A stretch of DNA of 49,332 nucleotides from a virus. Its lineage: Duplodnaviria; Caudoviricetes. The notes under the pieces are model-generated. The model saw nothing but the letters and a program-made list of their open reading frames with translations, was not told the DNA's origin and did no database searches. The position numbers were made by a program, and so were the translations under genes. Shown here piece after piece: positions 27,951 to 37,342 of the stretch; within the stretch, counting starts at the first letter, position 1, and every line of letters begins with the position of its first letter. The DNA is taken from IMG/VR virus record IMGVR_UViG_3300025451_000018, positions 1-49,332 of that record, one strand, 5' to 3'.

Positions 27951-28145
27951 TCACTCATTGCACTCCTCACACCCCAAGCACCGATCCAGTTCGTGGAACA
28001 TGCCCCGGCTGTTGATGTACTCGTCGGACACCACGGCGATCACCGCGTCGGCCATATCGCCCCATTCCACCAACTCGCCGTCAGCGATCCGGTCGAAAAT
28101 CTTCGGCAGCACGGCGGCTATACGGGTACGCAGGGTGTCACTCAT
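27951..28145 (-). CDS. Small hypothetical protein (LRxRIA/ADAVI family)
   Basis: MSDTLRTRIAAVL...ADAVIAVV. Confidence 0.7.
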   Translation of the reverse strand: MSDTLRTRIAAVLPKIFDRIADGELVEWGDMADAVIAVVSDEYINSRGMFHELDRCLGCEECNE

Positions 28146-28413
28146 CGGCATCTTTCGGGTTGTGGCTGCCGCTATGCATCAGGGCGAATTGCTGCATCGT
28201 GGACGATGAGTAGAAGCTGAACGAGCTTCCGCAGGGATGGCAGACATATTGGTAATCGCCAATCGCTTCCACTGAAACCGGCTCAGTGAGTTCCGGTAGT
28301 GCGGCGATCACCGCGTCAACCTGTGTGGACATGGCATTCGGTGGAGGTAGGTACTCGTTGGGCGTGCTGTGGATTAACGCCAGCAAGATGCGTTCACGCA
28401 GGGAGTCAGACAT
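28138..28413 (-). CDS. Small hypothetical protein (LRxRIA/ADAVI family)
   Basis: MSDSLRERILLAL...VDAVIAAL; CHPC. Confidence 0.7.
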   Translation of the reverse strand: MSDSLRERILLALIHSTPNEYLPPPNAMSTQVDAVIAALPELTEPVSVEAIGDYQYVCHPCGSSFSFYSSSTMQQFALMHSGSHNPKDADE

Positions 28414-28609
28414 CGGTTGCCGTCACTGGTGTGCCGAATCGCTGATCCTGCTCACGCCCGTACCACGCTTCCCGTCGGTTGACTGCGGCATTGAAATGCA
28501 ACAGGCATCCCCACAGGTATTCAGCCAAGATGAAATCGGGCGTGCCTGAACCGTTTTCCTTGCTGTGCCGGTTCAGTAGCGATTGCAGTTCTGATACGAA
28601 ATCACTCAT
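28406..28609 (-). CDS. Small hypothetical protein
   Basis: LQSLLNRHSKENGSGTPDFILAEYL; coupled overlaps. Confidence 0.7.
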   Translation of the reverse strand: MSDFVSELQSLLNRHSKENGSGTPDFILAEYLWGCLLHFNAAVNRREAWYGREQDQRFGTPVTATDV

Positions 28610-28859
28610 CGACAATCTCCCAATCTGTTACATGGCGGCGCACCCATTGGTCGGGCTTGCCGTTGATGATGCGTTTCGCCAGGTGTGCTTGCAGCCCTAG
28701 TTCGCGGATCACCGCGTCGGCCAGATGGGCCTCAAACTCAAGCAGGCCGTCCGTTTCGGCACCGCATGAACAGAACTCCAAGCCGTCGCGGTAATACGCG
28801 CCCATTGGGCCGTGCCCGCGTAGCGCCACTGCGATGCGGTCACGCAGGGAATCAGTCAT
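28602..28859 (-). CDS. Small hypothetical protein (LRxRIA/ADAVI family)
   Basis: MTDSLRDRIAVAL...CSCG...LADAVIRELGL. Confidence 0.7.
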   Translation of the reverse strand: MTDSLRDRIAVALRGHGPMGAYYRDGLEFCSCGAETDGLLEFEAHLADAVIRELGLQAHLAKRIINGKPDQWVRRHVTDWEIVDE

Positions 28860-29019
28860 CGACGGCCAGCTTTACGCGCCAAGTCACATGCCCAGACCAT
28901 CGAGTCCCGGCGCAATCAACGGTGATGTACTTGAAGTCCTTCGGTGGGTGGACTTCGTTGTAGTTGTGATCCCAGAACCGTGTTAGTGATTCTTGGCGTG
29001 CGGGAAGGTTGTCACTCAT
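28852..29019 (-). CDS. Small hypothetical protein
   Basis: 8-bp overlaps with both neighbours. Confidence 0.55.
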   Translation of the reverse strand: MSDNLPARQESLTRFWDHNYNEVHPPKDFKYITVDCAGTRWSGHVTWRVKLAVDD

Positions 29020-29251
29020 CGTCGGCCTTCCAAGTGGAGTATCGGCAACCGGGGAGCATGGCGTGGCAGTAGCCGCACTCACCGTCTTCTGCTTCGATCT
29101 GTAGTTCGCGGATCACCGCGTCGGCCACTTCTTCGGCCACTGGCACGTTTACCGACCGCCACGCCACCGTGTCGTAGATCAGCGCGGCGATGCGGGTGCG
29201 GAGACTCTCGCGTTTCGTCATTGTGGACTCTCGGTTTTCGTCAGTCATCAT
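29012..29251 (-). CDS. Small hypothetical protein (LRxRIA/ADAVI family)
   Basis: ESLRTRIAALI...VADAVIRELQI; start uncertain. Confidence 0.65.
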   Translation of the reverse strand: MMTDENRESTMTKRESLRTRIAALIYDTVAWRSVNVPVAEEVADAVIRELQIEAEDGECGYCHAMLPGCRYSTWKADDE

Positions 29252-29483
29252 TTAGCGCCTTTACGGTGTCGATTTCCATGTGTAGCCACGGTTCGTCGCG
29301 CTGTTCTGCGTAGTCGCGCGCCATTTCTTCGATCTGGTAGCGGGTTCCGGTCCATGTTGCGGTGGCGAATGGGTGGTCTTTGAACGGGTTGGCGTAGATG
29401 CTGGCGGTGACCCGGAATCGTGCGGTGTCGTTGCGGTCGTATTCGGCGTCCCGCCATTGCTGTTCACCGTTTTTCATGCCCAT
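29241..29483 (-). CDS. Hypothetical protein
   Basis: ATG 29483 coupled to the deaminase stop (TGATG). Confidence 0.6.
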   Translation of the reverse strand: MGMKNGEQQWRDAEYDRNDTARFRVTASIYANPFKDHPFATATWTGTRYQIEEMARDYAEQRDEPWLHMEIDTVKALNDD

Positions 29484-29887
29484 CAGCCCTCCCATCCGGG
29501 GTAGAAACACTGTCCGGGCCAGACCACGGCGTCGATTCCGGCAGCATCAATCAACTGCTGGCATTGGTAACAGGGCGGTCTGGTGATGTAGAGAGTCGCT
29601 CCGATGAGATCGGCGCGGTCGCAGTAGAGGAGAGCGTTAGCCTCTGCATGGACAGCCACACAGCGTCCCTGTCCTGCTGAATAGTCGGAGTTAGGGGCAA
29701 CACCTGACCGTCTGCGAGGACAAGAAACACATCCGGGGGCACCGGAGGGGGCACCGTTGTATCCCGTAGCCCGAATCCGGCGATCTTTAACAACCACCGC
29801 CCCAACCTTCGAGCGTTCACAGTCGCTCCTTTCCGCTACCGCTCGGGCGATCCCCAAGAAGTAGTCATCCCAATCCGGCCTAGACAA
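29483..29887 (-). CDS. Deoxycytidylate (dCMP) deaminase
   Basis: RPDWDDYFL...TGYNG...HAEANA...PCYQC Zn-deaminase motifs. Confidence 0.92.
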   Translation of the reverse strand: MSRPDWDDYFLGIARAVAERSDCERSKVGAVVVKDRRIRATGYNGAPSGAPGCVSCPRRRSGVAPNSDYSAGQGRCVAVHAEANALLYCDRADLIGATLYITRPPCYQCQQLIDAAGIDAVVWPGQCFYPGWEG

Positions 29888-30005
29888 ACGGCGTCCAGAA
29901 GCTCAGGTACGTTCCGCACTCGCAGAAGAAGTGAGCGCGGTGCTCCCACGATCCGACGTAGTGGACCGTGCCGTGCCGGCGGTAGTGGTTGACGATCTTC
30001 AGCAC
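29880..30005 (-). CDS. 41-aa hypothetical protein
   Basis: MLKIVNHYRRHGTVHYVGSWEHRAHFFCECGTYLSFWTPFV; fills the gap with overlaps. Confidence 0.5.
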   Translation of the reverse strand: MLKIVNHYRRHGTVHYVGSWEHRAHFFCECGTYLSFWTPFV

Positions 30006-30142
30006 TTCTCGTCCTCCCAGTCGAGGTCATCCCCCAACGCCAGGTGCAGCGTCTCCTCGTACCGCTCGGAGAACTTCGTACAAACCCAACCGATCGTGAT
30101 GAACACCGGGTACATCAACGTGCCGATAATCCACTTTTTCAC
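29999..30142 (-). CDS. Small membrane protein
   Basis: GTG start with GGAGG RBS; hydrophobic N-terminus. Confidence 0.55.
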   Translation of the reverse strand: MKKWIIGTLMYPVFITIGWVCTKFSERYEETLHLALGDDLDWEDEKC

Positions 30143-30225
30143 TTCAATTCCTCCAGAACGAATACGGCTAACGCCGCGATAAACAAGATGAAAAACGCCC
30201 ACAACGTGTCACTCAGCATGGACAT
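30139..30225 (-). CDS. 28-aa membrane peptide
   Basis: MSMLSDTLWAFFILFIAALAVFVLEELK. Confidence 0.45.
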   Translation of the reverse strand: MSMLSDTLWAFFILFIAALAVFVLEELK

Positions 30226-30598
30226 CGTGGTTCTTCCACGGCGGCTCCTTCGAGAGCCCGTCGATGGCCTTGCGAAGCGCGGCCACTTCCATCTCCAACT
30301 CAGCGATACGACACTCACGCGAATCCCGTTCGTAGTCAGCGCGATCCGCTTCATCCAGCGCGTCGTGTAGACGCCTCGCCAGATCGGCGACACAGCCGTG
30401 GATGCCGGCTATGAAGTCGGCGTCCCGCTCGTTCAGCCCGGAAGCCACCAGCTTCCGCGACTCGTCCTGGCCTACCGCGTAGATCTTGAATCGGCCTGAA
30501 TTGTCGGTGTACACCTCGGGCATCCAGAACCGGTCCTCGGACCCGGTAGTCCTCGCCCACAGCGACACCAAGTGATCGAAGAAATCACGATCGTCCAT
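30209..30598 (-). CDS. Conserved Cluster A-type hypothetical protein
   Basis: DADFIAGIHGCVADLARRLHDALDEADRAD coiled coil. Confidence 0.75.
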   Translation of the reverse strand: MDDRDFFDHLVSLWARTTGSEDRFWMPEVYTDNSGRFKIYAVGQDESRKLVASGLNERDADFIAGIHGCVADLARRLHDALDEADRADYERDSRECRIAELEMEVAALRKAIDGLSKEPPWKNHDVHAE

Positions 30599-30735
30599 CA
30601 GTAGTTCCCCCGCACAAAGTTCGCCTGCTCCAGCAACATTGCGATAGCAACCAGCGCGTGGGCCGTAGCGACCTCGGGCCGTGTCGCCGCCCTCTCAGCG
30701 GCGACTTCCAGGTACTTCTGGTATGGCTCGTACAT
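30598..30735 (-). CDS. 45-aa hypothetical protein
   Basis: MYEPYQKYLEVAAERA...; AGGAG RBS; TGATG coupling. Confidence 0.55.
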   Translation of the reverse strand: MYEPYQKYLEVAAERAATRPEVATAHALVAIAMLLEQANFVRGNY

Positions 30736-30742
30736 TGTCAAG
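30730..30742 (+). promoter_or_regulatory. Stoperator-like site (2 mismatches)
   Basis: GTACATTGTCAAG at a gene start. Confidence 0.5.
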
Positions 30743-30748
30743 CTCCTG

Positions 30749-30877
30749 TCAAATGGTGTGATGATGGGTTGTTAGGTAGTGGCAGTTGGTGCACATGTAG
30801 CGGTGATCCTCGGACCAGACCATGCGCCAGACGATCTGGTCGCACCACTGGCACCAGTGCTCAGCAGCCAGCCCCAT
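30749..30877 (-). CDS. 42-aa zinc-ribbon-like protein
   Basis: CQWC...CTNC. Confidence 0.45.
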   Translation of the reverse strand: MGLAAEHWCQWCDQIVWRMVWSEDHRYMCTNCHYLTTHHHTI

Positions 30878-32672
30878 ACAAACTCCCCCACGAGCGCCCA
30901 CCGACTTCGGCGTCCGTCCCGATGTGGACCGGACCCATGTCCATAGCCATCAACTCCGCGATACGGCTCGCACCCCAGTGCGCCTTATCAGCCGGCAGAC
31001 TCGCCAAGATCTCGTCGTGGATCGGCAGACGCAGATACGGGGTAAACCCGTTCTCGTGCAACCGAATCAGCGCACGCCCCGTCACATCCCGTGACGTGGA
31101 CTGGATCATGTAGTTCAGTGCGCTGTACCCGCGAGTCGGATCGACCGGCAGCCGCCGGCCGGTCGGCGTGATGATGTAGCCGTGCGTCTCAGCTTCCTTC
31201 GCCAGCTTCGAGGACAGCGTCTTCACTCCGGGGTAGGCCCGGTCGAAGCCGTCCACCACACGCTTCGCAGTACGGAGATCTAGCCCCGTCTGCTCGGCCA
31301 CAGTTGCGGCACCACCACCGTAGACTCGTCCGAAGTTCACCACCTTCGCCCACTTGCGCTCCTTATCGTCTTTCGTAATCTGCGGACCGAACGCCGCCTG
31401 CGCGGTCATCAGATGCAGATCCTCTTCGTTGAGGAACGCCTGAATCATGGTGCGGTCCTTGGACAAAGCGGCCAGCACACGCAGTTCCTGCGCCTGGTAG
31501 TCCACCGACGCGATACGGTGCCCTTCGTCAGCAACGAAGCACCTTCGGATCTGCCAGTCTCCAGACGGGAGAGTCTGGGCGGGAATCCCGGTAATGCTCA
31601 TCCGGGCCGTCCTGGCCTGCAACGGGTTGATGTGCGCGTGACACCGGTTGTTGGCGTCCTTCCCGTCGAGGAACGCTTGCACCCACGTCTTCTGCCACTT
31701 ACCCGCCCTCTTCGCTTCGATGATCGCCGTCGCCAACGCACCGGCGTTGGACTCCTGCTTCGCCAACTCCTCCAGCAGCTTCTTATCGACCTTCAACTCA
31801 CCGGACGGAGTCCGTTCTTTGATCTTCACGCCCTGGCGCAGCAGCGCCTCGGCCACCTGACGGGGGGCGTTGACGTTGTCCAGCCCCAACGAAGCCGCAC
31901 GATCCATCCACACGTCCCTCTCGGACAGCAGACGCTCGGACAACTCCTCGGTGTACCTCACATCCAACAGGAAGCCGTGCCGTTCGATGTACGAACAGAT
32001 CTCGGCAAGCTTGTGCTCGTACGGGATCAGCTTGGCCGGCTGGGCCATCGGCCCCAGCTTCACCGCCAGACGGTAAGTCAGGATCGTGTCCATGCCGGCG
32101 TACAACTGGTAGCCGGGATGCTGCCAGTCGATGATCTTCCAGATCTTGGACTTGACGGTCTTGTGCTCTCGGGCGATGACCGCCATAGAGCCCTTGACCT
32201 CCTCGGCCACCACCGGGTCGATGTAGAACGCGGTCAACTCCTCCAGCGAGTGACCCGGCCCGTCCTCGCGCTTACCGCGAGGGTCCACGAGGTGGGCCAG
32301 GATCTTCGTATCGACCACGCGAGGCCACATGTCCTCCATCCGCACGCCCAGCGTGCGATCGAACACCTGGAGGTCGTACGAGGCGTTCTGGATAGCCATC
32401 TTGTCGATGCCCAGGAGGGCCTGCCGAACCGCCTGTACGTACACAGGCCCAAGCTCGACAGGCACCACCCAGGACTCCACGTCGGTGCCGAATTGAACCA
32501 TCCTGCAACGGAACACGTCGCTGTAGATGTCCAGCCCGGTAGTTTCACTATCGACCGCCAGGAACTTGGCGTGAGCCCGGACGAAGGTGCGGAAGCCGTC
32601 CAGGTCATCCTCGTTCTCGACCACCCGGATAACAACCGGGGTATCCGCAACCGTGTACCGGTGCTCTTTCAC
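30861..32672 (-). CDS. polA: DNA polymerase I (family A, 3'-5' exonuclease plus polymerase)
   Basis: DSETTGL ExoI, DYQAQELRVLA motif A, KVVNFGRVYG motif B, IHDEI motif C. Confidence 0.97.
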   Translation of the reverse strand: MKEHRYTVADTPVVIRVVENEDDLDGFRTFVRAHAKFLAVDSETTGLDIYSDVFRCRMVQFGTDVESWVVPVELGPVYVQAVRQALLGIDKMAIQNASYDLQVFDRTLGVRMEDMWPRVVDTKILAHLVDPRGKREDGPGHSLEELTAFYIDPVVAEEVKGSMAVIAREHKTVKSKIWKIIDWQHPGYQLYAGMDTILTYRLAVKLGPMAQPAKLIPYEHKLAEICSYIERHGFLLDVRYTEELSERLLSERDVWMDRAASLGLDNVNAPRQVAEALLRQGVKIKERTPSGELKVDKKLLEELAKQESNAGALATAIIEAKRAGKWQKTWVQAFLDGKDANNRCHAHINPLQARTARMSITGIPAQTLPSGDWQIRRCFVADEGHRIASVDYQAQELRVLAALSKDRTMIQAFLNEEDLHLMTAQAAFGPQITKDDKERKWAKVVNFGRVYGGGAATVAEQTGLDLRTAKRVVDGFDRAYPGVKTLSSKLAKEAETHGYIITPTGRRLPVDPTRGYSALNYMIQSTSRDVTGRALIRLHENGFTPYLRLPIHDEILASLPADKAHWGASRIAELMAMDMGPVHIGTDAEVGGRSWGSLYGAGC

Positions 32673-32899
32673 TAGCCCTCCTCGGGGTCTTTCGTCAGGT
32701 TCCGGTAAAGCTCCGAGAACAACTTGAAGAAGTTGTGGAACGTCAGGCCCGGTTCCATGCCGATCAGATCGGTAGCGACCATGAACGCGACGGCCATGCC
32801 GATCGTGTCCTCGGGCGGTGAATCTTCGATGCGCTGCAACGCATCTGCGATCAGATCGTTGATCTCGCCCTGGATCTCTTCCAGCTTCTCTTCGGTCAC
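32672..32899 (-). CDS. Hypothetical protein
   Basis: Coupled to polA and the HTH gene. Confidence 0.65.
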   Translation of the reverse strand: MTEEKLEEIQGEINDLIADALQRIEDSPPEDTIGMAVAFMVATDLIGMEPGLTFHNFFKLFSELYRNLTKDPEEG

Positions 32900-33174
32900 T
32901 TGTGGTACTCCCCTCGAACGATTCGACTGACCGTGGTCTTGTTCACGTCGAACGAGTCCGCGATCTCCTGCAACTTGTAGCCGGCGCGGCGCATCTCGTG
33001 GATGCGTGCGACCTCTCCCCTGCCCAGCTTCGGGCGGTTGTTGTACTGCTTCGCCTTCAGCGCCTCAAGCTCCGCACGTAAGAAGTCACGCTCGGTGATG
33101 AGCGCGTCCAACTCCTGCAAGACCTGCAACAAAGCGCCGCCGCGCATTCCGTAGACCTCTTGTTGGATGCTCAC
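32896..33174 (-). CDS. Helix-turn-helix DNA-binding protein
   Basis: NRPKL...GYKLQEIADSFDVNKTTVSRIVRG. Confidence 0.85.
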   Translation of the reverse strand: MSIQQEVYGMRGGALLQVLQELDALITERDFLRAELEALKAKQYNNRPKLGRGEVARIHEMRRAGYKLQEIADSFDVNKTTVSRIVRGEYHK

Positions 33175-33365
33175 TAGTCATCCTCTGCTTCGCACTCGTC
33201 GCAGTTCTGCACGATGAAGAACTCGACTTGGTTCCAGTTGAACGCCATGTACGTCCCGTTGTCCCCCTGGACGATCAGCGTCTTCTCGACGGGGTCGAAC
33301 AAGACCTCGCCCCGCACGTCCAGGTGCGAATCGTTCATGGTGATTACGGTGATGTGTTTCTTCAC
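33174..33365 (-). CDS. Hypothetical protein
   Basis: GAGGGA RBS; coupled. Confidence 0.65.
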   Translation of the reverse strand: MKKHITVITMNDSHLDVRGEVLFDPVEKTLIVQGDNGTYMAFNWNQVEFFIVQNCDECEAEDD

Positions 33366-33414
33366 GATTCCCTCTCGGTCAGGCCAGGGCCGCAGTCATC
33401 GGTGCTGCGGCCCC

Positions 33415-33427
33415 GTTCGTTGTCAAG
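33415..33427 (+). promoter_or_regulatory. Stoperator
   Basis: GTTCGTTGTCAAG, intergenic. Confidence 0.85.
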
Positions 33428-33429
33428 CC

Positions 33430-33960
33430 CTACTTAGGAGGATTGACGAACTGCCACTTGGCATCTGAGCCACGGGGCGGTGCCCAAGCGTGGTAGGTGC
33501 CGGAACCGTCCTTCTTCAGGCCGGTCTTGTACTGCCAGCCGTCACCCGGCGACGGCGGGAACCACGACGGCGGCTCGGTAGCCCCGGCAGGACGGCCATT
33601 GCCGCCCCCACCGCCGCCACTGGCCGGCTTGGCCGCAGCGCCGCCCCGGAAGTAGGCCGCAACCTTCTTGGAGCGGTCCAGCAGTTCCTTGAACGCCGGA
33701 TCGGACAGGATCTCGTTCGCCTCAGAGACGTTGTTCGCATGCACGACAGTCCATGACGAATCGAAACCAGCACCTTCCTTGAAGGTGAGGACGATTTTTC
33801 CCTCGTCACCACCAACCGATGCGGACTTCACGACAGCCTTCTTAGGGGCTGCCTTCTTCGGGGCGTCAGCCGGCGGGGCGTCGAAGACGCTCTCCTCGAC
33901 CACAGTCTCCTGGGCCTCGGTGTCGGCGGGGGCGGTGTCAAACGGATCGAACTCGGACAA
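33430..33960 (-). CDS. Hypothetical protein (possible ssDNA-binding accessory)
   Basis: EGKIVLTFKEGAGFDSSWTVVHA...YKTG; AAGGA RBS. Confidence 0.65.
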   Translation of the reverse strand: MSEFDPFDTAPADTEAQETVVEESVFDAPPADAPKKAAPKKAVVKSASVGGDEGKIVLTFKEGAGFDSSWTVVHANNVSEANEILSDPAFKELLDRSKKVAAYFRGGAAAKPASGGGGGGNGRPAGATEPPSWFPPSPGDGWQYKTGLKKDGSGTYHAWAPPRGSDAKWQFVNPPK

Positions 33961-33976
33961 GGTGTATTCCTTACTG

Positions 33977-34345
33977 TTAGTTGGATGACAGGTACGAGCT
34001 GTACTTGCCGTGTTTGTAGTGCGGACTGTCCTGGCCTCTCGGAACCCAGTGACGGCCCTTGGTGTCCCGGTCAGCGGTGTTATCAGCCGGGGTGCCCAAG
34101 AAGAGATGGGCGGGGTTGCAGCACTTCGGTGTGTCGCAGCGGTGGCAGACGAACATCCCCGAAGGGATGTCCCCTACCCACAGTTCGTATGCAGCCCTAT
34201 GGGCCTGCACACTCTTCCGACTGCCGCTGATCTTGAGATAGGCGTATCGCCGTCCGGGCTGTCCCTGGAAGATCCAGCACCCACTCTCATTCTCAATCAG
34301 CCTGCGGCGCAACCGTTCTTCGAGCGGAATTACCGGATAGGACAA
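33977..34345 (-). CDS. Free-standing HNH homing-type endonuclease
   Basis: CWIFQG...AHRAAYE...[22 protein letters not shown]. Confidence 0.9.
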   Translation of the reverse strand: MSYPVIPLEERLRRRLIENESGCWIFQGQPGRRYAYLKISGSRKSVQAHRAAYELWVGDIPSGMFVCHRCDTPKCCNPAHLFLGTPADNTADRDTKGRHWVPRGQDSPHYKHGKYSSYLSSN

Positions 34346-36384
34346 GCTCCACCTGCGGCGCAGTTCTCGTCCACACCGTCAGCGACCTGCTTGGCTACCG
34401 CTGACTCGTAGGCAGCTTTCGACAAGCGTTCGTAGGGGGCTTGCGGCATGGAGGCTTCCGGGAAGATCGTGCAGCCTTTAAGGAGTCCACCGAATGCGGT
34501 GATCTGCCGTGCGACATCCACCGCTGCGTACTCGTTCGGATCGACGTTCGCGGTGAAGGACACCGCGTTGTCGGCCCAGCACTGCTGATACAGCGACTGG
34601 AAGGCGAGCATCTGGTTCAGTGTCAAGTCGGCAGCCGACTCAACGATCTCCTCGGCGTCCCGCTCCCCTACCCGCTCGGCCACCGCAGCGACCAACGAGT
34701 CTTTCGTAGGGATCGAAACAACCAGAGAGTTCGCGGAGTACTGATCGGGCTCGACGTGGAACCCGTCCTTCTCGTACTGCTGAGCCATCTGCAACTGCTC
34801 CTCCGACACCGTCGAGAAACGGATACGCCGGATGAAGTACTTAGCGAAGATCGGGTGGATACCCTCACTGACTCCGGGCATCTTCGCGATCGTCCCCGTA
34901 GGAGCGATCGTCCGCTTCTTCACCGGGACCGGGATACGAAGTTCGTTGGAGAACTTCGCAGCGACATCGTCCACGACGGTGGACAACTCCCGCAGCACCT
35001 TCTTGAAGTGCCGGTCGGCCGGCGCATCGGAATACTTCTTCCCGATCAAGGCCAGGTACGAGGCAACACCGAAGTGCCCCAACCCGATACGACGGTTCCG
35101 GTCCAGAACCTCCCGCGACTTCGGATCTCCCACAGGGCTGAACGTGGCCCTTATCAAGAACCGTGTCATCAACTCGTGGGCTTTGATCAGCCCCAGGTAG
35201 TCCGTCTTGCCGTGCTCGGTGACGAACGCGGCGAGGTTGACATGGCCCAGGTTGCACGGTTCCCAAGCTTGGAGAGTTATCTCCCCGCACGGGTTGGTGC
35301 AGATGACCTCGTTGGGCTCCCCGACGTTCGAGTAGGACGAATCCCAGAACCCCGGCTCACCGTTACGGACCATCCCGTCGGAGATCGCTTCCAGCACGTC
35401 CCTCGCGGTGGCCTGCTCGACAACGTCCTCCCACACTTCCGGCAGGTTGGAGACGTGCCGCCAGAACTCGTTATCGACCTCGACGGAGATGTTCGTTGTC
35501 CAGTGCGACAGCGACTCCTGCTTGACGTTGATGAACTGCTGGATCTGCGGATCTTTCCAGTGCATCATCGACATCCGGGCAGACCGGCGAACCCCGCCGG
35601 CTACCACACACGAGGCGATAGCGTGGTCGATCTCCATAGCGGAGATACCGTCCAGGCGGTCCCCAGCGATAGCCAACTCCGACAGGATCTCGCACACGTC
35701 GATCAGCATCCGGGCCAGGGGAAGAGGCCCGGAAGCACTGCCACCGAACGTCTTCAGCTTCGCCCCGGCGTGCCGCACACGCGACACGTCGTACACCCGG
35801 TTGTAGTGGCTGACCTCATCCCGGTAGTGGGTGTCGATCAGATCCACCAGAGCCGCAGCCCAGCCTTCGCGTGAGTCTTCGATGACGAACGCCCCGGCCC
35901 AATCCGGGTCGTAGTCCTGCGACAGCACACCAGCTTCGAGGAGCGTCTTGTAGTCCGGGTGCTCTTCGTCGCACACGATGTGGACGAACAACTCCTGCGG
36001 AACCACCGGATAGTCAGCGAGGTAACGGTTGGAGTAGTTCGCTCCAACCCCGCCGCCTTCCATCAGACGCATAAACGAGAACTCGAAGTGCTCGGACGGG
36101 CGGTCCGTCCAGCCGGCCACCCAACAGTTGAACAGGTGCTGCGCGTTGGCAACGCCCGACGCCCACAGGTGCCGTCCCCCCGGCAGCAGCTTGAACTCCT
36201 CCATCATCTGGATTAGCTCTTCCCGCTCGTTCGGGAGTTGGTAACGCTCATCGACAAGCGCGAGGTTGCCATCGACCACCCGCTGAACCGTCTCAGGCCA
36301 CGTTTCATGCGACCCGTCAGGCTTTACACGCGAGTAGGTCCGCTTGTAGACCAGTTCCCCGGTCGGACCCCAATTGACTGTCAC
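34330..36384 (-). CDS. nrdJ: Ribonucleotide reductase, class II (B12-dependent)
   Basis: [25 protein letters not shown]-terminal [10 protein letters not shown]; no small subunit gene. Confidence 0.92.
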   Translation of the reverse strand: MTVNWGPTGELVYKRTYSRVKPDGSHETWPETVQRVVDGNLALVDERYQLPNEREELIQMMEEFKLLPGGRHLWASGVANAQHLFNCWVAGWTDRPSEHFEFSFMRLMEGGGVGANYSNRYLADYPVVPQELFVHIVCDEEHPDYKTLLEAGVLSQDYDPDWAGAFVIEDSREGWAAALVDLIDTHYRDEVSHYNRVYDVSRVRHAGAKLKTFGGSASGPLPLARMLIDVCEILSELAIAGDRLDGISAMEIDHAIASCVVAGGVRRSARMSMMHWKDPQIQQFINVKQESLSHWTTNISVEVDNEFWRHVSNLPEVWEDVVEQATARDVLEAISDGMVRNGEPGFWDSSYSNVGEPNEVICTNPCGEITLQAWEPCNLGHVNLAAFVTEHGKTDYLGLIKAHELMTRFLIRATFSPVGDPKSREVLDRNRRIGLGHFGVASYLALIGKKYSDAPADRHFKKVLRELSTVVDDVAAKFSNELRIPVPVKKRTIAPTGTIAKMPGVSEGIHPIFAKYFIRRIRFSTVSEEQLQMAQQYEKDGFHVEPDQYSANSLVVSIPTKDSLVAAVAERVGERDAEEIVESAADLTLNQMLAFQSLYQQCWADNAVSFTANVDPNEYAAVDVARQITAFGGLLKGCTIFPEASMPQAPYERLSKAAYESAVAKQVADGVDENCAAGGACPIR

Positions 36385-36584
36385 ACAGCCCCTTTCAGTA
36401 ATTCCTGTACCCAGTCGGCGCTGGAAGCGCCGCCGGTCACGTACATTTCGATATCGTCTGCGGACCAGTTGTGGATCAGCATCGGCTTCTCGTGCGGGAA
36501 CAGGTCCGGGAAGACCTGCGACCGGTAGAACTCCGAACCACCCATGCCGTTGAAGACCGGGTCCATGATGTTGGCCCCGTTCAC
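36381..36584 (-). CDS. Hypothetical protein
   Basis: [26 protein letters not shown]; GTG start coupled. Confidence 0.7.
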   Translation of the reverse strand: MNGANIMDPVFNGMGGSEFYRSQVFPDLFPHEKPMLIHNWSADDIEMYVTGGASSADWVQELLKGAV

Positions 36585-36691
36585 TCTTCTTCGTCCTCTT
36601 CGAAGAGCGGGTACTGATCCGGGAACCGCTCCCTGCGCCCGTCCTCCAAGATCGCGTCGATGTTGTTGAGGCCGGCTTCGATGTAGCTCAT
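36581..36691 (-). CDS. 36-aa acidic hypothetical protein
   Basis: [18 protein letters not shown]...; ATGA/GTGA overlaps. Confidence 0.55.
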   Translation of the reverse strand: MSYIEAGLNNIDAILEDGRRERFPDQYPLFEEDEEE

Positions 36692-37341
36692 CGGCCACTT
36701 ACTCGGGCCTGCGTCATCAACCGTGAAACGGCCTCTGCCGACTCGTCATCCCAATTCCGCTTCGACTGGTAGTGGGCAGCTTCGGCACGCATAGGCTTAC
36801 GTGTCCCTGGCCCGTCCAGCCGGTTGGAGAACCGGCGCTTGTTCGACTTGTTCATCTCGTTCACCAGCACCGGCAGGGCGTTCTTGAGTAGCTGCTGGGC
36901 CTGGTTTGCCGTAGGTACTTCGAAGTCGGCATACCGCTTCAGGATTGCGGTGACGTACTGCGGTGACCGCTTCTCCAGCTCGACCAGAGCCTCGATGAGG
37001 TCGAAGACCACCTCGTGGAAGTGATCGAACTCCTCGACCAGGACGCCGGAATTGAGCGCCCTCTTGACCTCGTCCAGGCTGTATCGGTAGCTGCCTTTGA
37101 AGTGGTCATAGTCGGCTCGCTCCTGAGAGGCGAGCTGATGCCCCATCCCGACGATCGCCCGGTACTGAGCCGGCCGATCCATAGCGAGGATCTTGTCGAT
37201 AGAACCGGGAGACTCCAGCAGACGGACATAGATCATCTGCTCCGCATCTTCAGCATCAACGATGCCGTTCCAGATGTACGCCACCGAAGAGGCGGCTTTC
37301 TTGATCGTCGTACGCAGCTTCAGGATTTCGTTCGTTGTCAA
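36688..37341 (-). CDS. Sigma-factor-like DNA-binding protein
   Basis: IKKAASSVAYIW...ERADYDHFKGSYRYS...ILKRYAD; TTG start lies inside a stoperator. Confidence 0.65.
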   Translation of the reverse strand: MTTNEILKLRTTIKKAASSVAYIWNGIVDAEDAEQMIYVRLLESPGSIDKILAMDRPAQYRAIVGMGHQLASQERADYDHFKGSYRYSLDEVKRALNSGVLVEEFDHFHEVVFDLIEALVELEKRSPQYVTAILKRYADFEVPTANQAQQLLKNALPVLVNEMNKSNKRRFSNRLDGPGTRKPMRAEAAHYQSKRNWDDESAEAVSRLMTQARVSGR

Positions 37342-37342
37342 G
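37330..37342 (+). promoter_or_regulatory. Stoperator
   Basis: GTTCGTTGTCAAG overlapping a start codon. Confidence 0.85.

Noticed and set aside
32896-33174. HTH protein as the missing immunity repressor
   Set aside because: Only 92 aa with a C-terminal HTH, in the usual Pol I-adjacent slot; Cluster A repressors are ~180 aa with an N-terminal HTH.
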